From an uncultured Verrucomicrobiae bacterium (lineage in GTDB: Bacteria; Verrucomicrobiota; Verrucomicrobiia; Limisphaerales; UBA11358), in assembly GCA_963842445.1 (NCBI GenBank), contig CAWJHF010000009.1, forward strand, positions 89,086 through 153,085: a stretch of 64,000 nt of DNA, in the 5' to 3' direction. A program made the translations under genes and the position numbers. Shown here in pieces: positions 58,460-64,000 of the stretch (within the stretch, counting starts at the first letter, position 1; each line of letters begins with the position of its first letter). The notes below the pieces were generated by a model. The model was not told the origin of the DNA. It made no database searches and saw nothing but the letters and a program-made list of their open reading frames with translations.

Positions 58460-59416
58460 ATGCCCGAAGAATGGAACCAAAATGAGAAACGCCACATAAT
58501 GAAATCTGCCTCCCCCAACACCCCACCGGCAACCGACCCACAGACCGTAAGACCATCCGGTTGGCGTCCCCTGATTCTGGTGCCGGTTTTTTTCCTGTTG
58601 GGAGCCGCATTGACCGGCGTCTGGTTTAAATACGGCAAACCCGCAACGGGTTCCATGCTGCCGGAACAGGAACTTTCCGGCCAGACCGTGAATCTTCTGC
58701 ACCATTTGAATTCACCGGTGGAACTCCGGTTTTATTCGGTGCTCCCGCCGGGCAGTGCCCTGGAACCGCTTCAGGATTTTTCCCGGCGGGTGGACCATTT
58801 GCTGTCCGAATTTCAAAACGCAAATGACGGTCAAATCCACGTGATCCGGAACCTCTCAACTTCGGGAGCCAATGCGGACGCCGCCGCGGCTGACGGCATC
58901 CATCCTTTCAATCTGGACAAGGGCGAGGCTTGTTTTCTGGGAATCACCGTCGCCAGCGGGGGGCGGAAGGAATCGCTGTCCCAGATCCAGCCCGAATGGG
59001 AACCGGCGCTGCCGTTTGACCTGGCCCGCGCGATCCTTCAGGTGACCGCCACGCCGTCATCGCCCGTCGTCAAGGCAAGTCCCCCGGTTTCCCCCGAAAC
59101 CACCAATGAAATCCTGCGCCTGATTCCCGATGTCAATGGCACGTCACTGGAGGACGGAATCGGAATTTTACGCCAGGCCGCCGTGGACAAATTCAGCGAG
59201 GCCGGAGCCGAAATGGAGAAGCAGATTCAGGCCGCGCAACAACAAGCCAGCGACGCGCAAAACGGCGGGCCGGGGGCGGGGCAGCAGGCCGCGATGAAAC
59301 ATCTCCAGCAGGTCCAGTTGGACCAGGCGGAAAAACTCAAACAAATCGCCGCTCAACTGCAGGCCCAGATTTCCGCCTTCGAGCAGATGAAAGCCGCGCC
59401 TCCCGCCACAAAATAA
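58460..59416 (+). CDS. Membrane-anchored protein with GldG-like (ABC auxiliary) N-domain and Gln-rich coiled-coil tail
   Basis: One TM helix (LILVPVFFLLGAALTGVWF). Segment VELRFYSVLPPGS...DFSRRVDHLLSEF resembles the GldG family. Assignment is tentative. Confidence 0.45.
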   Translation: MPEEWNQNEKRHIMKSASPNTPPATDPQTVRPSGWRPLILVPVFFLLGAALTGVWFKYGKPATGSMLPEQELSGQTVNLLHHLNSPVELRFYSVLPPGSALEPLQDFSRRVDHLLSEFQNANDGQIHVIRNLSTSGANADAAAADGIHPFNLDKGEACFLGITVASGGRKESLSQIQPEWEPALPFDLARAILQVTATPSSPVVKASPPVSPETTNEILRLIPDVNGTSLEDGIGILRQAAVDKFSEAGAEMEKQIQAAQQQASDAQNGGPGAGQQAAMKHLQQVQLDQAEKLKQIAAQLQAQISAFEQMKAAPPATK

Positions 59417-59646
59417 TTTCTTGCCATCCGGCGCGGAGCTTCGGCGCGAAAAACCATCACCTCAAAAAAGGCGCCACGATGCGAAGGGACAGCGCGCTGG
59501 GCACGTCGTCAAAGCTGCTCGCTCCAAGCTTGCGCCGCCTTCATTCATTCCGTTGCGCCGGGGTGTTGAGAGTCCTCCCACCTTTACCGGCAAACAAAAA
59601 CCCCTTCCCGTTGCCGGGAAGGGGGTGGTCAATTGATGTTACCCGA

Positions 59647-62013
59647 TTACGGCGTGTGCACCACGCGGAAAAACATCTGCGGCTCGTTCCGCGTCGGGGT
59701 CAGGTAACTGATGGAACCACCGGTGCCGGGAATATTGGTGCTGATGTTCAGCCAGCCACCAGTCAGAGCCGAGACACCCTGGATCTGATAAGTGGTGTTG
59801 ATCTGCGTGTCGAAGGCGATTTCCGCCGCCGTGTAGATGGCGACGGTGTTGGTAGCACCGTTGACCATGTTGTTGCCATCGAAATAGATCACACCGCTGC
59901 CCGTCACCGTGAAGGCACCGAACGGATTGAGACCCAAGGTGCACATCATCCAGTTTGGGACACCGGCGCTGTTGTTGACAGCGTTGGGGCCGGCCGCAGT
60001 GTTAGTGGCAAAGCCGGCGCCGAAGTAAGCTTCCTGCCAGGCATCGGGCAGACCGTCGTTGTTGGCGTCACCGGTCAAATTGCCAATGGAAGCCTTGAGC
60101 AGGCCGACTGCGTAGGGCGCGTTGTGAATGCCCAAGCTTCCGTCATTGCTGACGAACTGCCAGTTGTAGGCAGCTTCCAGAAATTGCGTCGGCCAGTTGG
60201 TCTGGGTTGTAATGGACGACTGGACCACGCCGGCCGCAACATAGTTGTTTGCATTCGCCTCGTAATTCGTAGGAGGCAGGAGAGTGGACAGCTTGTTGAG
60301 CAGGAGTTGGACCTGGGTCTGAACACCCAGGCTGTAGCCAACACCAACGTAATCGGGAACCAGCATGTCAAAGTTGGTGATGGCACCATGGCATTGGGTG
60401 CAGACATAGGTCACGTCAACGTTGACGCCCTGGCTGTTGGTGTAACTCATCATGGTGGAATGGCCGCCGGCCAGGGTGAACGCCGGATCGGTGGAAGCTA
60501 TCGGCTGATAATGGCAACCAACGCAGGTGTTGGACACCACGTTGGCGTGGGGAGCGCTCGGAATCACCTGGCCGTAGGTCACGGCATTAATGCCCTCCAG
60601 CATATCGCCTTGCGGGCTGTCATGCGGACCAAAAGCGGACCCGCCATTCCACGTCGGTTGGGAGAGCGCATAATTCACAATGCTGTTGCTGAACGAACCG
60701 TTGCGGCTGTTGTGGCAGTTCATGCAGAAACCACCAAGACCGGCATTGGTGACCACAAAGCCGGTATTCCCATTAAACGCGACAGTGGTGCTGGTGCGCA
60801 GTTGATGCGGGTTGGAGGCGTCGTGGGGATTGTGGCAGGTCTGACAGTTGATCGCTTCGTAAACCACATTGGTGACGTAAGCATTGGTGTTGCCCAGATT
60901 GGCGACGTAATTAATAAAGCCGGGAGCCGTATGGCAACGAACACAGGCTATGCGGCTGGCGGAACCGGAAGGCGTCCGGGTCGTGACGGCGTGCAGTGAA
61001 TTGTACCATTCGGCGGCGTAGTAATAGTTGGTCAGGCTGTCATGGCATTGGGCGCAATCACCTGCGTTATAGCTGATGGCGATGGCATTGGTATTTCCCA
61101 CAATGCCCTGCGAATACAGATGCTGGCTGCCGGGGCCATGGCAGTTTTCGCACTGGATATTGGCCAGGTTTTGCAATTGCGGCGGCATTGCGGCCCAGTT
61201 GCTGTTGGTCAGCGCGGTCGGGAAAGTCCAGTTCAGCAGCGTTGCCAGGTCGTCAAAACCGCCGTTGTTGGCGAATGAGTTGGTGTCATAACCAACAGTG
61301 TGACACACAATGCAACTTGCGCTGTAATTGCTGCTCTCCAAGCCATTAATGGCACGGGTGAAGAATGTGGCATGGGGCGTATTGGTCCAAGTGGGGTAAA
61401 TGTCGGGCACACCCACCAAGCCGCCGCTGTGACAGTCGGCGCAAGCAGCAATGCCCAGATAAGTGGCCGCCGTAACGGTGATGGCGATATTTGTCGTGGC
61501 CGGGGCGATGGTGTTCGTCCCGTTTTTACCCGTCGTGGTGATCGTAGCTTGGACAGTGTATTGTCCGACGACATCCGGGCGGAAAAAGGTCCGGCCCGCC
61601 AGTTGGGATACCAAAGCGCCGGATTGGGTATTGTTGGGTATTAAACGGTCTGCCGGGTTGTAAAGCGGCACATTGGTGCCCAGCGGACTGTTGGTCAGCA
61701 CCGCCAGCGAACCCAGAGGCTTGTTGGTCAGCGGCCACCAAGTGACGCTAAGAATGTTCGAAGGCGCAATGGAGTTGTTCACCAAGGCGTCAAGATAGAC
61801 CGGCTCGCCCACGCCGACATTATTAATGCCGGCGGAAACCTGGGCATTGGTCAACCCATACGCCGAGATTTCATTCGGGGTGAGGGGACGCTGTTCGACC
61901 TGGCCATTTAGTGCGGTCGTCGCCGCGTTGACGGTGGTCACAGCTCCGACAAACGTCAATGCCACTGCCGCAAGGCCGGCAAACATCTTCGATGGGGGAT
62001 GGTGTGCTTTCAT
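59647..62013 (-). CDS. Nine-heme c-type cytochrome, 788 aa, with Ig-like N-domain and C-terminal beta-sandwich
   Basis: Signal peptide. CADCH, CIVCH, CENCH, CAQCH, CVRCH, CQTCH, CMNCH, CVGCH, CTQCH. GDANNDGLPDAWQ calcium-binding-like motif. Confidence 0.85.
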   Translation of the reverse strand: MKAHHPPSKMFAGLAAVALTFVGAVTTVNAATTALNGQVEQRPLTPNEISAYGLTNAQVSAGINNVGVGEPVYLDALVNNSIAPSNILSVTWWPLTNKPLGSLAVLTNSPLGTNVPLYNPADRLIPNNTQSGALVSQLAGRTFFRPDVVGQYTVQATITTTGKNGTNTIAPATTNIAITVTAATYLGIAACADCHSGGLVGVPDIYPTWTNTPHATFFTRAINGLESSNYSASCIVCHTVGYDTNSFANNGGFDDLATLLNWTFPTALTNSNWAAMPPQLQNLANIQCENCHGPGSQHLYSQGIVGNTNAIAISYNAGDCAQCHDSLTNYYYAAEWYNSLHAVTTRTPSGSASRIACVRCHTAPGFINYVANLGNTNAYVTNVVYEAINCQTCHNPHDASNPHQLRTSTTVAFNGNTGFVVTNAGLGGFCMNCHNSRNGSFSNSIVNYALSQPTWNGGSAFGPHDSPQGDMLEGINAVTYGQVIPSAPHANVVSNTCVGCHYQPIASTDPAFTLAGGHSTMMSYTNSQGVNVDVTYVCTQCHGAITNFDMLVPDYVGVGYSLGVQTQVQLLLNKLSTLLPPTNYEANANNYVAAGVVQSSITTQTNWPTQFLEAAYNWQFVSNDGSLGIHNAPYAVGLLKASIGNLTGDANNDGLPDAWQEAYFGAGFATNTAAGPNAVNNSAGVPNWMMCTLGLNPFGAFTVTGSGVIYFDGNNMVNGATNTVAIYTAAEIAFDTQINTTYQIQGVSALTGGWLNISTNIPGTGGSISYLTPTRNEPQMFFRVVHTP

Positions 62014-62083
62014 AAGTTTGTAATCTAGTCTGGATTTACGATTGTCGGTGTAATCTTTTATGTTTTCGCAATTGCGGTTTCGT

Positions 62084-63160
62084 TCATATCGTCACCTCGC
62101 ACAAGGTCCAGCGCGGCACCAATTCCACGTCGGCAAGCGACCAGGCAATAGACGGCAGATTCAATTTCACCAGCAATCCTGCTGCGCGCCGGGTGATGAT
62201 TTCGTTGCACTTGGAAAGCTCCTGCTCCCGCACCCGGGAATTCTCGCGGACAATCGCTTCCAGGTGGTCAATGTTATAGAGGTAAACGTTTTCCAGTTCC
62301 TCCACGTCCGGGGCGATGTCCCGCGGCACGGCGATGTCCACCAGGATAAGCGGCCGGTTCGAGCGCGCCGCAAGGATGCCGGCAATCTCATGCTTGTGGA
62401 GAACCGTCGTTGGGCTGCCGGTGGAACTCACCACAATGTCGGCTTCGACGATGGCGGCCATGCGTTCCTCAAACGACAACGCGCGTCCGCCGAGTTCTGC
62501 GGCCAGCGATTGGGCGCGTTCGAGGGAGCGGTTGGCCACCAGCACCGACCGGGTGCCACGTTTGGCCAGATGACGGACACAAGCCTCGCCCATCTTGCCC
62601 GCGCCCAGGATCATCACCGTCTTGTCGGACAAATCGCCGGAAAAGATCTTCTCGGCCAGCTCGACAGCCACGCGCCCAACGGAAGTCGCGCCACGGCCTA
62701 TGCCCGTGTGCGTGCGGACCTCCTTGGCCACCTGCAGCGCGGTTTGAAACCACCGGTTCAGCACGCGGCCGGTCAACCCGAATTGTTGCGCCGCTTGATA
62801 CGCATTTTTGACCTGGCCGGTGATTTCCGTTTCACCAATCACCATTGAATCCAAGCCGCTGGCGACCGAGAACAGATGCTCCACCGCAGCGGCGCCTTCC
62901 TTGACGTAAACATAAGGCGTCACATCCAGCTCAGGACAGAGCTGTTGAAAAATGCGAAACACCCGGCCCTGGATCCAGGCTGACGTCGCGCCATACACCT
63001 CGACGCGGTTGCAGGTGGAAAGCAGCACGACTTCATCCAGGCCGGCGCCGAGCTTGAGCCGGCAGCCGTAGCATGGCAGCAGCGAGGGTCGCACCGCCAG
63101 CTTTTCGCGCACCTCCACCGGCGCGGTTTTGTAACTCAAACCTGTGACAAACACCTTCAT
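62084..63160 (-). CDS. hemA: Glutamyl-tRNA reductase
   Basis: ATG at 63160. LSTCNRVEVYG active-site motif and NADPH motif VMILGAGKMGE. Confidence 0.9.
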   Translation of the reverse strand: MKVFVTGLSYKTAPVEVREKLAVRPSLLPCYGCRLKLGAGLDEVVLLSTCNRVEVYGATSAWIQGRVFRIFQQLCPELDVTPYVYVKEGAAAVEHLFSVASGLDSMVIGETEITGQVKNAYQAAQQFGLTGRVLNRWFQTALQVAKEVRTHTGIGRGATSVGRVAVELAEKIFSGDLSDKTVMILGAGKMGEACVRHLAKRGTRSVLVANRSLERAQSLAAELGGRALSFEERMAAIVEADIVVSSTGSPTTVLHKHEIAGILAARSNRPLILVDIAVPRDIAPDVEELENVYLYNIDHLEAIVRENSRVREQELSKCNEIITRRAAGLLVKLNLPSIAWSLADVELVPRWTLCEVTI

Positions 63161-63370
63161 GTCCCCGCCCTCCCTGAGGATTCGACGCCGCAGCGCACCG
63201 GCGCGGGGGAAACGAGCCACCGGAGGCGCATCTCGCGCCTTCCACCGATGCGGCCAAGCCGGTCAAGGCCACATCGAAGCTCGCCTTTTAGATTCACGGG
63301 ATAACTCTAGGGCGCGGGGCAAAAGTTGCTGCCCATCCATTGGCAACCGTTTTACATTTATTGTCATTAG

Positions 63371-63384
63371 CATAACATGTTATG
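63371..63384. promoter_or_regulatory. Perfect 14-bp palindrome in the hemA/rhodanese divergent promoter
   Basis: CATAACATGTTATG within an AT-rich stretch. Confidence 0.35.
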
Positions 63385-63516
63385 TATATGTCTGTAAACA
63401 AGTATTTGTGAATTTATTATTAAGCAGACCTGACCTGTGGAAAAAGGGGTTGTCCCCTGCGGTGGGATGGCTCACGCTGTTGCCCGATCCGTGTGAAAGA
63501 CAATTCCATACAGTCC

Positions 63517-64000
63517 ATGGCGCCCAGTCGTTTGCCCGCAGTGAAATGGGTCTTGCTGGAGGCCGCGTTCGTGGTGGTCATCGGCGCCCTGTTCGCGTTC
63601 GCGGCCAACCAGGTTTCACCGCGGGGTCTGGCGCTCACCCGAAACTATTTCCCGGCAGGGACCGGCAGACTTTTGCCGACAACCCGTCTCGCCACCCTGC
63701 CGCACGAGGCCGCCGACACCAATTCCACGCCGGTTGACCCAGCGCAATTGCTCGCCGCGGAATTGAAGGAAAAAGGACTGCAACTGGCAGATGCCAACCA
63801 GGCGCTGCAACTTTTTCACGACCCGCGCTTCAAACAGGACATCGTGGTGTTCATTGATGCCCGGGACGAACAACATTACCGGGAGGGGCACATTCCCGGG
63901 GCTTACGAATTTGATCCTTACCGTCCAGAAAAATATTTTGACGCCGTGCTTCCGGTCTGCAAGGCAGCGGAACAAATCGTGGTTTACTGCAACGGTGGCG
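63517..64000 (+). CDS. Membrane-anchored rhodanese-domain protein (3' end outside window)
   Basis: ATG at 63517, TM helix WVLLEAAFVVVIGALFAFAA, rhodanese pattern VFIDARDEQHYREGHIPGA ... VVYCNGG. Open to the end of the window and absent from the ORF track. Confidence 0.7.
   Translation, partial: MAPSRLPAVKWVLLEAAFVVVIGALFAFAANQVSPRGLALTRNYFPAGTGRLLPTTRLATLPHEAADTNSTPVDPAQLLAAELKEKGLQLADANQALQLFHDPRFKQDIVVFIDARDEQHYREGHIPGAYEFDPYRPEKYFDAVLPVCKAAEQIVVYCNGG

Noticed and set aside
59479-60999. 506-aa ORF on the plus strand
   Set aside because: It is antisense to the 788-aa nine-heme cytochrome, whose CXXCH motifs and signal peptide define the real strand. It has no start context or motifs of its own.
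62014-62230. Possible fifth frameshift truncating hemA (358 aa, shorter than the about 420 aa of E. coli HemA)
   Set aside because: Translating the other two frames across the 3' end gives early stops or non-HemA-like sequence. The short C-terminus therefore seems genuine, or at least is not explained by a simple indel.
63144-63737. 197-aa plus-strand ORF
   Set aside because: Its 5' end overlaps the hemA start (hemA ends at 63160), and its product has poor composition. The alternative frame from ATG 63517 gives a TM helix plus a clear rhodanese domain that runs to the window end.
1-64000. CRISPR array among the many short repeats
   Set aside because: The repeats are palindromic singletons or inverted pairs scattered at gene boundaries or inside genes. 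They never form regularly spaced direct-repeat arrays with unique spacers, and no cas genes are present.

Overview
High-GC chromosomal segment that looks like a PVC-group genome (Verrucomicrobiota-like). This is inferred from the prepilin/H-X9-DG-type pseudopilins and the dense families of short palindromic repeats. No database search was possible, so all product calls come from motifs I could read directly.

Layout:
- 0-8 kb: housekeeping genes (lgt, miaA, an ABC ATPase, a pseudopilin).
- 8.0-13.7 kb: a decayed, AT-richer integrative island at tRNA-Gly(UCC), with a truncated integrase, two secreted cargo proteins, an XRE repressor and an SF3 helicase remnant.
- 14-35.6 kb: core metabolism and translation genes (pyrC, carA, prfB with its programmed +1 frameshift, trpC, pdxA/surA, ilvN, ilvC, argJ, argC, rpsI, rplM, metH).
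- 37.3-63.2 kb: the most interesting part. It is a roughly 25-kb respiratory supercluster with nine c-type cytochrome genes and about 59 heme-binding motifs by my count.

Contents of the supercluster:
- a NrfC/NrfD-type quinol module flanked by two paralogous monoheme cytochromes;
- an ImcH-like 7-heme membrane cytochrome;
- two CbcL-like multiheme-c/cytochrome-b fusions;
- an MtrCAB-like triad (9-heme cytochrome, 8-heme cytochrome, 713-aa beta-barrel);
- a second 9-heme cytochrome;
- System II cytochrome maturation genes (ccsB, ccsA) and hemA.

This is consistent with an outward (extracellular) electron-transfer conduit, interrupted by a small restriction-modification cassette.

Two further points:
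- Single-nucleotide reading-frame breaks occur in both CbcL-like genes, in ccsA and in one pseudopilin gene.
- Hairpin repeat elements with GTAGG-type ends are inserted in frame inside trpC, metH, argJ and probably miaA, analogous to Rickettsia palindromic elements.
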